A stretch of 64,000 nt of DNA from an uncultured Clostridia bacterium. Lineage in GTDB: Bacteria; Bacillota; Clostridia; Saccharofermentanales; Saccharofermentanaceae. The stretch is taken from contig CAMJPC010000006.1 in the NCBI GenBank assembly GCA_946407705.1, positions 43,753 to 107,752 on the forward strand, read 5' to 3'. Below are positions 48,015-58,728 of the stretch, one piece after another (within the stretch, counting starts at the first letter, position 1; each line of letters begins with the position of its first letter). Under the pieces are notes generated by a model. It worked only from the letters and a program-made list of their open reading frames with translations. It was not told where the DNA came from and ran no database searches. A program made the position numbers and the translations under genes.

Positions 48015-49949
48015 TCAGACGATCCTCTTAAAGTTCTTCTCGAAATCGGTACGTGAAACGCTGAAGAATGTTGGCCTTCCGTGCGCACAGTGGTAAGGAT
48101 CCTCAAGTCTGGTCATCTTATCAATCAGCGAAAGAGCCTGTTCCTCCGTGATAACGTCTCCCGCCTTGATCGCGGCCTTGCAGGCAGTCGTCTGGATCAA
48201 GTGGTACCAGATGTCAGTCTTTGCAGGGATCTCTCGCTTAAGATCGGAGAGGATTCCGGCAAATACCTCAGGTGCTTTATCCGCACTTCCCATTGGCACA
48301 GCCCTTAAAGCTATCTCCCTGTCGCCGAGCATCTCGATCTCAAATCCGTTATCGGTAAACCTTTCCAATGCGCCTTCAATGAAGGAATAATCTGATGCAG
48401 ATACCTTCATCACCGAAGGAACGAGCATGTGTTCCGTTACGGAGACGCTTTTTGAAGGATCTTTCTTAGCCATGAACTCTTCGTAGAGGACTCGCTCATG
48501 CGCAGCGTGCTGATCAACGAAATAACATGTATCCGTTGTCTGCATTACTATGTATGTATTGAAAAGGATTCCCGTAAACCTTGCGCCTGCAAGCTTTTCG
48601 ATATCGGTGAGTTCCTTCTCTTCTTCTTTTGTGACCGGTTGAACCGCAAGGATCTCAGGTTCCTTAATTGCCTCAGTTACGGGAGCCTCCGAAGCAACCT
48701 CGTTCTCTTTCTGTCCGCTTATTGCCGAAGCATCAGGCTTAAAACCCGAAAGGATCTTAAGAAGCTCATTTGCAGACGCGGCGTCACCTGCGGCAGGAAC
48801 GGGTTCAGGCTTGGACTTCAGTTTGTGTGAGCCGGAGAGTTTTCCGCCGGCGCTTATGTCATAACGAAGCTGCTTGTCTTCATATGAGACTTGCTTTTCG
48901 GCGGGAGCCTGTTCTATTTCAAGATCACCGGAAGATATTCCTTTAAAGGTGCTTCCTGTCGATCCCGTTGAAGTGATGGCTTCTCTGATTCCGTGAAGCA
49001 CTAGTCTGAACACGTCATTATCGGACGCGAACTTAACTTCCGCCTTCTGCGGATGAACATTTACATCGACTGTTCCGGGAGCGCAGTAGATCATGAGGAA
49101 GCATACCGGGAACTTGTTCTTCATTACTGCATTTTTATATGCTTCATCGATGGCTGCTGATATGGTCTTGCTCCTTATAAGCCTGTCATTGACATATACG
49201 CACTGAAGACCTCTGTTGCCCCTGACAAAGCGGGGTATTCCCGTGAATCCCTCGATCCTCATGTCTCCCTGCTGATAGTTAACCGGAACGAGATTTGTCG
49301 CGGTGTCTTTGCCGTAAACCGCATATACAGCATCCTGTACCAGGCCTGATCCCGGAGTTGTAAACTGTACTGCTCCGTCCTTTATCAGCTTTATCGATAT
49401 CTGCGGATTAATAATGCTAAGCTTCTCGACAAGACCCGTGATATACATTCCTTCTGTTGAATCCTTCTTCAGGAACTTATATCTGGCCGGGAAATTCTTG
49501 AACAGGTTTCTGACTTCCACGGTGGTTCCCTGGGGGCAGCTTGCGTCCGAGATGTCAGTAAGACTTCCGTCCTCATAAGTGACTCTCGTTCCCTTGTCGT
49601 CACCCTGGGATGTGGTGAGCGTCACGTCAGCGCACGAAGCGATCGATGCAAGAGCTTCGCCTCTGAATCCCATTGTTGAAAGATCGTATATGTCTTCGAT
49701 CGTCTTAAGCTTTGAAGTTGCATGAATGAGGAAAGCCTTCTCAGCATCTTCCCTGTCCATTCCGCAGCCGTTATCCGTAACTCTGATGAGCGAGATGCCG
49801 CCGCCTGCGAATTCTATCCTTATCCTGTTGGCTCCGGAGTCGACTGCGTTATCAAGGAGTTCCTTAACAACTGAGACGGGACGCTCAATGACTTCACCCG
49901 CCTTGATCGCATTCGCGGTACGGCTGTCAAGGACGTTAATTCTGCCCAT
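48015..49949 (-). CDS. mutL: DNA mismatch repair endonuclease MutL
   Basis: GEVIERP, DNGCG, MGFRGEAL, DVNVHPQK, DQHAAHER, ACK and CAHGRP. Confidence 0.96.
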   Translation of the reverse strand: MGRINVLDSRTANAIKAGEVIERPVSVVKELLDNAVDSGANRIRIEFAGGGISLIRVTDNGCGMDREDAEKAFLIHATSKLKTIEDIYDLSTMGFRGEALASIASCADVTLTTSQGDDKGTRVTYEDGSLTDISDASCPQGTTVEVRNLFKNFPARYKFLKKDSTEGMYITGLVEKLSIINPQISIKLIKDGAVQFTTPGSGLVQDAVYAVYGKDTATNLVPVNYQQGDMRIEGFTGIPRFVRGNRGLQCVYVNDRLIRSKTISAAIDEAYKNAVMKNKFPVCFLMIYCAPGTVDVNVHPQKAEVKFASDNDVFRLVLHGIREAITSTGSTGSTFKGISSGDLEIEQAPAEKQVSYEDKQLRYDISAGGKLSGSHKLKSKPEPVPAAGDAASANELLKILSGFKPDASAISGQKENEVASEAPVTEAIKEPEILAVQPVTKEEEKELTDIEKLAGARFTGILFNTYIVMQTTDTCYFVDQHAAHERVLYEEFMAKKDPSKSVSVTEHMLVPSVMKVSASDYSFIEGALERFTDNGFEIEMLGDREIALRAVPMGSADKAPEVFAGILSDLKREIPAKTDIWYHLIQTTACKAAIKAGDVITEEQALSLIDKMTRLEDPYHCAHGRPTFFSVSRTDFEKNFKRIV

Positions 49950-52629
49950 TCTCTTCTCCCTTCACCATCGTATTGAGTTCATAAAGGATATTCATGGCTT
50001 CGATCGGAGTAAGTCTTGATACATCAAGGTTCTTGATCATTGCCCTGATCTTGTCCTCCTTCTGATAAAGGACATTTTCTGGATTGAAGAAGGATTCCTG
50101 TCCGGGTATCGCGGCTGAAGACAGTTGTGTTCCGCCTCCGGGCGCACCTTCGGTATTGCCCATTACCTTAAACTTTCCGATACGTTCAAGTTCAGAAAGG
50201 ATCGATTTCGAGCGCTTAAGGACATCCTCGGGAAGACCTGCAAGACGTGCAACCTCGATACCGTAACTGTCAGACGTTCCGCCTGCGGAGATCTTATGGA
50301 GGAATCTGACGCTGCCGTCATTCTCGCTTACTTCAACGTGACAGTTAAACACGCCGCGGTTCAGTCTCTCCATCTGGTTTAATTCGTGATAATGTGTCGC
50401 GAAAACAGTTCTCGCGTAAAGAACGCCCGGATCGACTATGTACTCGATCGATGCCCACGCGATGGAAAGTCCGTCATAGGTACTCGTTCCACGCCCAACC
50501 TCATCCAGGAGCAGAAGGCTTCGTCTTGTGGCGTTCTTAAGGATGTAAGACATCTCTTTCATCTCGACCATGAACGTAGACTGTCCCGTTGAGATATCAT
50601 CAGACGCACCGATCCTCGTGAAGATGTGATCGACAAGACCTATCCTTGCTGATGTTGCCGGAACGAATGAACCTATCTGTGCCATGAGCACGATAAGTGC
50701 CGCCTGTCTCATGTATGTTGACTTACCGGCCATGTTGGGACCCGTAAGTACCATAAGCCTCTTCTCGCTGTCCAGAAGAATATCGTTCGGAACGAAAGAT
50801 TCCCCCTCCGAAGCCATCATCTTCTCTACAACGGGATGTCTTCCCGCCTTGATATCGATGTCTTCAGACATGTCAACTTCAGGCCTTACATAGTTCTCGC
50901 TCTCCGCAAGTTCTGCCAAAGCCGTTATGCAGTCCGTCATTGCGACAGCGGAAGCAGTTCCGAACAGTCTCTTTGACTCTCCCAAAACGCGGTCCCTTAT
51001 CTGTGTGAAGAGTTCGTATTCGAGCGCGACTCTTCTTCCCGAAGCGGATACTATCTTCTGCTCGAGTTCCTTGATCTGAGGTGTGATGTATCTTTCGTTG
51101 TTTACCAGAGTCTGCTTGCGCTCATATTCCGGCGGAACCTTGTCTGACTGGCTCTTCGGAATATCGATGTAGTAACCGAATACCTTGTTGTAGCTGATCT
51201 TAAGAGTCTTTATTCCGGTCCTCTCGCGCTCACCTGCTTCAAGCTTCAATATGTACTCTCTAGCATTAGTAGCTATGTCATTAAGTTCGTCGCACTCGGC
51301 GTTGTAACCGCGTTTGATTATGCCGCCCTCCTTAACCGGGATCGGCGGATCTTCGGCAATGCTCTTTTCGAGCAGTTCATGTATGTCTTCCATCGGATCA
51401 AGAAGTTCCTTGATATCCGCAAAAATGCCTTTTGAGAAAGTGGATACCCTTTCCTTTACGAAAGGAAGTTTTGCAAGGGAATTCCTGAGCGAAAGCAGGT
51501 CTCTTGCATTGCAGGTACCGAGCGATACCTTGCCCGCGAGACGCTCGATGTCATAAAGACCGGTAAGGCTCTCGATGATCTCCTGTCTTGCAATGTACTT
51601 GTCCAGGGCTTCCTCAACGGCATCGAGACGCTTGTTTATCGAAGCTACGGAAATGAGTGGCTCTTCAACCCATTTGCGGAGAAGTCTTCCGCCCATTGCA
51701 GTCTTTGTTCTGTCGATCGCCCAGAGAAGCGATCCTCTCTTCGTCTTTCCCCTTATCGTCTGTGTAAGCTCAAGATTGGTCCTCGTCGCATGATCAAGTT
51801 CCATGGAATCGGAGATCTTATAGCAGTGAATGTCCTTCAGGTGCTTTACCTTCTCGGTCTGCGTCTCTGCAGCATAGAGGATCAGGGCTCCGCAGGCTGA
51901 GATCAGGAGCGACGGATCGCTGTAAAGCTTGAGGTTATCGGGACGGATGTCCGTCTTTTCGATGCTGTCACGCGAGAAATCCCTGTCGTTTCTGAATGTC
52001 AGAACGATATTAGTGCCCGTCTTAATTGTCTGGCAGCAAATAGTATCTTCAAACGCACGGTTGCAGATTATCTCAGAAGGCTGGTACTTGCTTACCAGGT
52101 TGATTAGATGCTCGCTGTTATCGGGAAGCGTGAGCTGGGTGGCTTCAAACTCGCCTGTTGAAATGTCCGCGCAGGCAACACCGAACTGCGTTCCGATGCA
52201 GCAGATGCTCATGAGATAATTGTTCTTACGGTCGTCTAATGCGTCGGTTACCGTTCCCGGAGTAAGTATCCTTATAAGTCCGCGCTTTACGAGGCCCTTG
52301 GCAAGCGACGGATCTTCGAGTTGTTCGCAGATCGCTACCTTCCTGCCCTCACTTACGAGCCTGTCGGCATATGTCTGATATGCATGGAACGGTATTCCGC
52401 ACATCGGGGCTCTTAAACCGTTTCCGCAGTCCTTTCTCGTGAGGACGAGCTCAAGTATCCTGGCACCTTCGATGGCGTCATCAAAAAACATTTCGTAGAA
52501 GTCTCCGAGTCTGTAGAACAGGAACGCGTCTCCAACCTGTTTCTTCATCTCGGCATAGTGCTGCATCATGGGAGACAGTTCTTCTGTCTTCATGTCAGCA
52601 AGTCTTAAAAGCCCGTCATTATTCTCCAT
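49936..52629 (-). CDS. mutS: DNA mismatch repair protein MutS
   Basis: FYRLGDFYEMF, TGPNMAGKSTYMRQ, DEVGRGTST, SYGIEVA. Confidence 0.97.
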   Translation of the reverse strand: MENNDGLLRLADMKTEELSPMMQHYAEMKKQVGDAFLFYRLGDFYEMFFDDAIEGARILELVLTRKDCGNGLRAPMCGIPFHAYQTYADRLVSEGRKVAICEQLEDPSLAKGLVKRGLIRILTPGTVTDALDDRKNNYLMSICCIGTQFGVACADISTGEFEATQLTLPDNSEHLINLVSKYQPSEIICNRAFEDTICCQTIKTGTNIVLTFRNDRDFSRDSIEKTDIRPDNLKLYSDPSLLISACGALILYAAETQTEKVKHLKDIHCYKISDSMELDHATRTNLELTQTIRGKTKRGSLLWAIDRTKTAMGGRLLRKWVEEPLISVASINKRLDAVEEALDKYIARQEIIESLTGLYDIERLAGKVSLGTCNARDLLSLRNSLAKLPFVKERVSTFSKGIFADIKELLDPMEDIHELLEKSIAEDPPIPVKEGGIIKRGYNAECDELNDIATNAREYILKLEAGERERTGIKTLKISYNKVFGYYIDIPKSQSDKVPPEYERKQTLVNNERYITPQIKELEQKIVSASGRRVALEYELFTQIRDRVLGESKRLFGTASAVAMTDCITALAELAESENYVRPEVDMSEDIDIKAGRHPVVEKMMASEGESFVPNDILLDSEKRLMVLTGPNMAGKSTYMRQAALIVLMAQIGSFVPATSARIGLVDHIFTRIGASDDISTGQSTFMVEMKEMSYILKNATRRSLLLLDEVGRGTSTYDGLSIAWASIEYIVDPGVLYARTVFATHYHELNQMERLNRGVFNCHVEVSENDGSVRFLHKISAGGTSDSYGIEVARLAGLPEDVLKRSKSILSELERIGKFKVMGNTEGAPGGGTQLSSAAIPGQESFFNPENVLYQKEDKIRAMIKNLDVSRLTPIEAMNILYELNTMVKGEENGQN

Positions 52630-54100
52630 CAGTAAAACGCTCCATCACGCCGTCGACCGAATAAGGTCTGGAATACTGGATATCAACATTGCAAAGGCGT
52701 CCTTCGAGGGAATCCTCGCAGAAACCTTCCTGATTCCTTATCTCATCGGGGATAGTGAAATTGACCAGATGATTGGTAATGGTCCTCCCCGTATAGACTC
52801 CGTTGCCTGCCTTGCTGATGCCTTCGATAAGGACCTCTTTGGTCTGGCCGACAAGTCTCTTGCAGGATTCTTCAGAAAGAGCATTCGTAAGTTCGGTAAG
52901 CCTTCCGAATCTCTCCGTGACCACGTCAGACGGTATCTGATCCGGGAATTCGGCAGCCTTTGTACCCGGCCTGATCGAATACTGGAATGTAAAGCATGCG
53001 TCAAAAGCAGCCCTCTTGCATATCTCCAGCGTCTTTACGAAGTCTTCTTCGGTCTCGCCCGGGAATCCTACGATGATGTCCGTGGTAAGGGATCCGCCCT
53101 TGACCATATTCCTGAAATTATCAGCAATCCTCATGTACCCTTCAGCGGTATAAGGCCTGTTCATGCGCTTAAGTACGGCATCCGAACCTGACTGAAGCGC
53201 AAGATGCAGGTGTTTTTCCACATTCGGACGTTCGGCCATTATCTTGATGACCCTGTCTGACAGGTCCTTCGGATGCGATGACATGAATCTTATCCTCGAG
53301 AACTCAGTGATCTTTGAAGCCTCATCAAGGATGTCCGCAAAGGTCTTTCCGTCCTCATTGCCCTTACCGTATGAATTGACGTTCTGGCCAAGGAGCATGA
53401 CCTCCCTGTAACCCTGGGACGCAATATCCTCAAGTTCCTTCATTATCTCACTGAAGCTTCTGGACCTCTCTCTTCCTCTTGCATAAGGTACGATGCAGTA
53501 AGTGCAAAAGTTATTGCATCCGTACATTATGGGAACGAGCGCCCTGAAGCGTCTCTGTCTTTCGATGGGGAAATAGCTGTCTTCCGCGATGTAGTCCTCA
53601 CCGCAGATACTGACCGAAAGCTTCTGCTTTCTTACTGCATCTCTTAAGAGGATCGGGAATCTGTGCAGCTGCTGAGGATCGAAAACAAGATTAACGTAAG
53701 GATAGGAACTCTTTATCTTGTTGACGTTCTCCGGAACCTTCATCATGCAGCCGCAAACCGCTATAACCGATGTGTCACCGTTCTTGCAGAAGCTCTTAAA
53801 CACGCCCAGATTGCCGAAAAGGTGCTTATCGGCGTTCTCTCTTACCGAGCATGTGTTCATCACAACGACATCCGCAGGAGCAAGTTCCCCGCTTTGGCTG
53901 CTCTTTTCGAGCCCCATGTCAGAGAGCATTCCCGCAAGTTTCTCACTGTCAGACTCGTTTAGCTGACAGCCGTAAGTTAAAAGGTTATATGTTAAGGGTC
54001 GTCCCTTTTCCTTTGACAGTTCGGAGAAAAACCCTTTAAGCTCCTCGAGAGCCGTCTCAAACCCTGCTCTTTCGGAATTGTCTACCCTGATTACACTCAT
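52619..54100 (-). CDS. miaB: tRNA-i6A37 methylthiotransferase
   Basis: TYGCQLN, NTCSVRENA, radical SAM CNNFCTYC and C-terminal TRAM domain. Confidence 0.93.
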   Translation of the reverse strand: MSVIRVDNSERAGFETALEELKGFFSELSKEKGRPLTYNLLTYGCQLNESDSEKLAGMLSDMGLEKSSQSGELAPADVVVMNTCSVRENADKHLFGNLGVFKSFCKNGDTSVIAVCGCMMKVPENVNKIKSSYPYVNLVFDPQQLHRFPILLRDAVRKQKLSVSICGEDYIAEDSYFPIERQRRFRALVPIMYGCNNFCTYCIVPYARGRERSRSFSEIMKELEDIASQGYREVMLLGQNVNSYGKGNEDGKTFADILDEASKITEFSRIRFMSSHPKDLSDRVIKIMAERPNVEKHLHLALQSGSDAVLKRMNRPYTAEGYMRIADNFRNMVKGGSLTTDIIVGFPGETEEDFVKTLEICKRAAFDACFTFQYSIRPGTKAAEFPDQIPSDVVTERFGRLTELTNALSEESCKRLVGQTKEVLIEGISKAGNGVYTGRTITNHLVNFTIPDEIRNQEGFCEDSLEGRLCNVDIQYSRPYSVDGVMERFTDGE

Positions 54101-54218
54101 CTGTGTTCCTCTTTCTTTTTTACCTTGCTAATTATACAAGAAAAACCCGTAAGAAGAATAAATTTGTATTTTAAGATTAAAGTTATAAAATATAGAGTTG
54201 AAACTTAAAGGGGAACAT

Positions 54219-55649
54219 ATGTCAGGAATGATCAAAAACACAATAAAAATGCTTACCTCCGCCATTTTGGCCGGAGTTATCATGCTTGCTGTTTTTCCGG
54301 TTGACGTCCATGGTGACGATCTCATCCCGGATAACCCCGACGACGGAATCATCACGGTAAACGAACAGCAGACGGATCTTTTAAACGAAAAACACGACAA
54401 CTGGCCCTCCATTAACGCGGCCGCTTATATCCTTTACGATGCCACCAGCGGTTCGATCCTTCTCGGCAAGGACTACGAGACCCAGAAAGAGCCTGCTTCC
54501 ATGACCAAGATCATGACGATCCTTCTGGCTCTCGAGCGTCTCAGCATGAGCGAGACGGTTACGATCAACGCTGCAATGGCCAAAGAGATCAAGAACCTCG
54601 AGAAGGACTATGTCCGTCTCGGTCTTCAGGAAGGAGAAGAGATCACCGTCAAGGATCTCGTCTACGCTTCAGTCCTCAAATCGGCTAACGACTGCTGCAT
54701 TGCACTCGGCATGCACATGGCAGGAACCGAGGCAGAATTCTGCAAGATAATGAACGAGAAGGCCGAAGAGCTTGGATGCAGAAATACCCACTTCACTTCC
54801 TGTTTCGGCTATGCCAAGCCCGATAACCTCACCACGGCTTACGATCTCAGCCTTATTCTCAACGAAGCCGTAACAAACACCGAGTATTCGAAGATCGCCA
54901 AGACTTATACATATAAGATCAGTGCAACCAACAAATACAGCAGCACAAGAGAGCTTACGAACGCAAACAGGTTCATAAGTACCGCTGACTTCAAGTACGA
55001 CCACTATGCGGGCGGCAAAACCGGTTACACGGATTCCGCAGGATACACGCTCTGCGCCGCTGCCAAAAAAGATAACCGCGTCCTTATCGGCGTTCTTTTC
55101 AACTCCGGCAGCTCCGTAATCAGATACAGAGACATGATCAAGCTTTTCGACTACGGTTATACGGCCTTCACTACCGTTCCGATCACCGAAGCCGAATTCA
55201 CTCCACTCATAAACGACACCAGAAACCAGATGGTCAGACTGATGTCAGAGACCAACCTCTACATCTCCGAGATGAAGACTGCCCTGACTTCCCACGTTAC
55301 GACCACTTCAAGCAGAGCGCAGCTCGGAAGCTCGAACAAGATCGACCTTTCCAAGACCACGATCGATTCGCAGGCCGAGGAACAGACGCTCGAGATACCG
55401 CTGTGCAAGGTGTATTCCGACAAGACGTACGTGGTCGGAAAACTCGTGGTCAAGATAGAGCAAAAAGCCGGCGTCATTGAGATCAATCCTAAAAAGAAGA
55501 CTCATCTGACGGACGTGCGGCGTGTCCTGATCACCTTTGCGATACTATCGGGAATGATACTGCTGATAATAGTGATAATGCTCATCTTCCGTGCCAACAT
55601 AATTAAGCGGCGAAGGAACGAATCAACAAGAAGAGCGAATATGCTTTAA
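54219..55649 (+). CDS. D-alanyl-D-alanine carboxypeptidase (peptidase S11) with C-terminal TM anchor
   Basis: SxxK (PASMTK), SxN (KSAND) and KTG motifs. Start taken at ATG 54219. Confidence 0.92.
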   Translation: MSGMIKNTIKMLTSAILAGVIMLAVFPVDVHGDDLIPDNPDDGIITVNEQQTDLLNEKHDNWPSINAAAYILYDATSGSILLGKDYETQKEPASMTKIMTILLALERLSMSETVTINAAMAKEIKNLEKDYVRLGLQEGEEITVKDLVYASVLKSANDCCIALGMHMAGTEAEFCKIMNEKAEELGCRNTHFTSCFGYAKPDNLTTAYDLSLILNEAVTNTEYSKIAKTYTYKISATNKYSSTRELTNANRFISTADFKYDHYAGGKTGYTDSAGYTLCAAAKKDNRVLIGVLFNSGSSVIRYRDMIKLFDYGYTAFTTVPITEAEFTPLINDTRNQMVRLMSETNLYISEMKTALTSHVTTTSSRAQLGSSNKIDLSKTTIDSQAEEQTLEIPLCKVYSDKTYVVGKLVVKIEQKAGVIEINPKKKTHLTDVRRVLITFAILSGMILLIIVIMLIFRANIIKRRRNESTRRANML

Positions 55650-55659
55650 ACAAAAAAAG

Positions 55660-55683
55660 AAGGCTCCGACCGGAGCCTTTTTT
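55660..55683. terminator. Bidirectional terminator
   Basis: AAGGCTCCG/CGGAGCCTT stem flanked by A and T runs. Confidence 0.75.
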
Positions 55684-56512
55684 ACTGCCTTATTGCACCG
55701 ACGACACAGAACAGACCGAACATCACGGCGTCACAGGCAACTATCGTTGCTCCCGTCGGAGTACCCGCTATGATCGATATTATGATTCCCGCGAGCGCGC
55801 AGAATACAGAGAAAACAGCCGATGAGACCGTAACAGCCTTGAAGCTCTTGAATACCCTCATCGATGCCATTGCCGGGAAAATAACGAGCGCCGATATGAG
55901 GAGCGAACCTACGAGGTTCATAGCAAGAACAATAATGACCGCGATGATAACAGCAATCAGGAGATTGTACATTCCGGTACGTACGCCCGTAGCCTTTGCG
56001 AAAGTCTCATCAAAAGTGACGGCAAAGATCTTGTTATAGAAAAGAATGAATACGACTACTACAAATATCGAAAGAATGAAGCACAGCAGTACCGATTCCT
56101 TGGACAAGGTCAGGATCGAGGTCGATCCGAACAGTGTACTGCATACGTCTCCCGCAAGATTCGAAGCTGTCGAGAATTTGTTCATCAGAAGATAGCCGAA
56201 CGCAAGAGATCCTACCGAAAGCATCGCTATTGCCGCATCGCCCTTTATCGCAGCATTCTTGCCGAAAGCAAGGAGCAATATCGCTGCAAGCACAGTAACC
56301 GGCAGTATGATAAGCGTGTTATTCGTAATCTTAAGTACAGAAGCAATGGCCAGAGCGCCGAATGCCACGTGAGACAATCCGTCACCTATATAAGACATTC
56401 TCTTGAGAACGAGAGTCACGCCCAGAAGAGATGAGCAGAACGCAATAAGAACGCCGACTATAATGGCGTATCTTACGAAGGGATATGACAGATATTCAAT
56501 TAACAATTCCAT
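55682..56512 (-). CDS. Metal (Zn/Mn) ABC transporter permease, ZnuB-like
   Basis: GDGLSHVAFG, LFGS, GSLLISALVIFPA, PTGATIV. Start moved to ATG 56512. Confidence 0.9.
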   Translation of the reverse strand: MELLIEYLSYPFVRYAIIVGVLIAFCSSLLGVTLVLKRMSYIGDGLSHVAFGALAIASVLKITNNTLIILPVTVLAAILLLAFGKNAAIKGDAAIAMLSVGSLAFGYLLMNKFSTASNLAGDVCSTLFGSTSILTLSKESVLLCFILSIFVVVVFILFYNKIFAVTFDETFAKATGVRTGMYNLLIAVIIAVIIVLAMNLVGSLLISALVIFPAMASMRVFKSFKAVTVSSAVFSVFCALAGIIISIIAGTPTGATIVACDAVMFGLFCVVGAIRQ

Positions 56513-56513
56513 G

Positions 56514-57221
56514 TCAGCCCTCCCCGTTTTCCGCAAGGATGGAGAATTCATTGCCCTCTCCGCTCGCGAAATACTCATTCTTCTCAACAAAGCGGGGATC
56601 GTTCTTGATATGGAGAATGTGCGAAGCATATTTCTTCGCAGCCGCTATGTCATGGGAGATCATAATGATGGTCATCCCTTCCCTGTTAAGCTTTTCGACA
56701 AGGCCGTAAAACTCCTCGGTAACAAACGGATCGAGACCTGCAACGGGCTCATCCATCAGAAGAACCTTGGTCGCAGCGCATAAAGTTCTCGCAAGAAGGA
56801 CTCTCTGCTGCTGTCCGCCTGATAAGTCCCTGTAACATCTCGAAGCAAGATCATCCACACCGAATCTCTTCATGGCTTCAAGCGCGGTCTTCTTCTGTTT
56901 GCCCGTGTAAAAAGGCTTAAAGCCCAAACGGCCGACAAAACCGGAAAGCACTATCTCTTTTACCGATGCCGGAAAATCGCGCTGAACGACCGTCTGCTGC
57001 GGAAGATAACCTATCTCCGAAAGCTTTAATCCGTCAGTCACCACTTCTCCGTTAAGAGGCTTTCTGAGACCCAGGAGCGTACGCATGAGCGTAGTCTTTC
57101 CCGTACCGTTCTCGCCGATCACGAAAACATAATCGCCCTCGTTTATATCGAACGAAAGATCGCGGTATAAGACCAGGTCGCTATAACCGATAGTAAGATC
57201 TTTAGCTGAAATTAGCGCCAT
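56514..57221 (-). CDS. Metal ABC transporter ATPase, ZnuC-like
   Basis: GENGTGKT, LSGGQQQR and LMDEP. Start ATG 57221 overlaps the Fur-family stop. Confidence 0.92.
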   Translation of the reverse strand: MALISAKDLTIGYSDLVLYRDLSFDINEGDYVFVIGENGTGKTTLMRTLLGLRKPLNGEVVTDGLKLSEIGYLPQQTVVQRDFPASVKEIVLSGFVGRLGFKPFYTGKQKKTALEAMKRFGVDDLASRCYRDLSGGQQQRVLLARTLCAATKVLLMDEPVAGLDPFVTEEFYGLVEKLNREGMTIIMISHDIAAAKKYASHILHIKNDPRFVEKNEYFASGEGNEFSILAENGEG

Positions 57222-57655
57222 CAAGTACCAGCTTTCGCGGAGGCGCACTTATCGCAATGGCCGTAGAATACAGTACGCTTAGGATCCAGAACAAATCCGT
57301 GTTCCATCCTCACATGCGCGAAAAAGCCGTTGATCTCATCACAGCTCAAATGGAACAGTTTGCCGCAGTCCTCGCATTTCATGTGGTAGCAGGTACCGCT
57401 GCAGCAGTTATCAACGCCTATGAATTCATAGCAGGCAGGCGACTTATCGTCGATCAGGTACTTGTTTACCAGACCGTCGCTCGTAAGACGGTCAAGGCGT
57501 CTATAAATGGTCGCGGCACCGATATTGATGCCCTGAGATCTGAAGTGATCTTCTATATCCTGTGCAGTCAGATGCTTTCCGCCATTGTCCTGCATGAACT
57601 TCAGTATCTCGGCGGACTGCTTGGTGTTATATGTGCCTTTGTTGTTGCCTGCCAT
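57221..57655 (-). CDS. Fur/Zur-family metalloregulator
   Basis: HLTAQDI, ATIYRRL, H..CEDCG and GHCDKC. Confidence 0.92.
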   Translation of the reverse strand: MAGNNKGTYNTKQSAEILKFMQDNGGKHLTAQDIEDHFRSQGINIGAATIYRRLDRLTSDGLVNKYLIDDKSPACYEFIGVDNCCSGTCYHMKCEDCGKLFHLSCDEINGFFAHVRMEHGFVLDPKRTVFYGHCDKCASAKAGT

Positions 57656-57676
57656 CAGCTTATCTCCATGAAATGA

Positions 57677-57730
57677 TTCAAATGAATTTGAAAATCAATA
57701 TCATTTTACTTGGATATGCTTCAAAGTCAA
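57677..57730 (-). promoter_or_regulatory. Promoter with Fur-box-like site
   Basis: TTGACT-16-TAAAAT; 7-1-7 box TGAAAAT-C-AATATCA (57689-57703) and palindrome TTCAAAT-GA-ATTTGAA (57677-57692). Confidence 0.6.
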
Positions 57731-57745
57731 GGCATTATTCAACTG

Positions 57746-58063
57746 TTATCTGATATGTATTCCCTGAACGGTATAACGGCCGTCATAAATGCATATTCCA
57801 AAGAAAAAGATCTGCTTTCCCTTCACCGTATGCCCGTTCATCCTGCCCGATGCACTTTTCCCGTTTTGGGGAATACCTTCCTTCGTGTGAGGTTCGATAC
57901 TGATCTTGTTCCAATCAACAACTTGGACTATCGAAAAAAAAGAGCTATAACCCCGGGTTCCGCCGTCAGCCGCCTTGGCAACGCTTAAGGGATTCGGCAC
58001 TAAGCAAGGAATCAAGAACAAGATAACAACTGCGATTATGACAGCTTTGGTTTTAGTCTTCAT
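57746..58063 (-). CDS. Small membrane-anchored hypothetical protein (DGGT motif)
   Basis: GGAGGA RBS before MKTKTKAVII; N-terminal hydrophobic helix. Confidence 0.65.
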   Translation of the reverse strand: MKTKTKAVIIAVVILFLIPCLVPNPLSVAKAADGGTRGYSSFFSIVQVVDWNKISIEPHTKEGIPQNGKSASGRMNGHTVKGKQIFFFGICIYDGRYTVQGIHIR

Positions 58064-58086
58064 ACGTATCCTCCTATCTGCGTCCT

Positions 58087-58728
58087 TCAGTGATACAGAA
58101 ATATACCGAAGCCGAAATAAACAACTCCCATCACGACAATATCCACAACGCACAAGAGCACATACCATTGTTTCTTTACCAACAGACGAGTAAAAAAGAA
58201 TCCTGCCACGGCAAAGCAAAGACCGAAGGCAATCACGGGAGTGAAGTCCTTCCAAAAGACGCTGCGTCCCATCAACTTGGTCGCTTTTTCAGCTTCAATA
58301 ATGGTCTGCTCGAGCTGCTTTTGTTCGGCAAAGCAGTCAAAGCCGGCTTCCAGTGACATTACTCCCATTTCCTTCGCTCTGCTTGACTTATCCGGATCGT
58401 TCAGCCTTTTGAATCTTTCGAAGTTCTCTTTATTTTCCGAATAATAGAAATTAACACCATACGTGCTTGTGTTATCAACACGATGGATAAGGATCATACT
58501 AATGCTGTAAGGTATGACTGCTGTTCCTTCAGACAGATGCACCATGTCATTTTCATAAACACAGTCCGTGTCTTTGATGACCGTAAGGAGCATCCCTTCA
58601 GGTATCTGAGGGAATCTTACATAATGTCTTGCGTCGTTTGCGGCGACTTCATATCCGCTAATGAAAAAGACCGCGATTTCGATCAGAAGAAGAATATATG
58701 CTGCTATGGTCTTGCCGTTGATATTCAT
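58087..58728 (-). CDS. Three-TM hypothetical protein (cassette type B, copy 2)
   Basis: Paralog of 59201-59830 (FP.IPEGM, YSENKE.FERF.RLN, FDCFAEQ.QLE); ATGA overlap with the upstream gene. Confidence 0.8.
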   Translation of the reverse strand: MNINGKTIAAYILLLIEIAVFFISGYEVAANDARHYVRFPQIPEGMLLTVIKDTDCVYENDMVHLSEGTAVIPYSISMILIHRVDNTSTYGVNFYYSENKENFERFKRLNDPDKSSRAKEMGVMSLEAGFDCFAEQKQLEQTIIEAEKATKLMGRSVFWKDFTPVIAFGLCFAVAGFFFTRLLVKKQWYVLLCVVDIVVMGVVYFGFGIFLYH

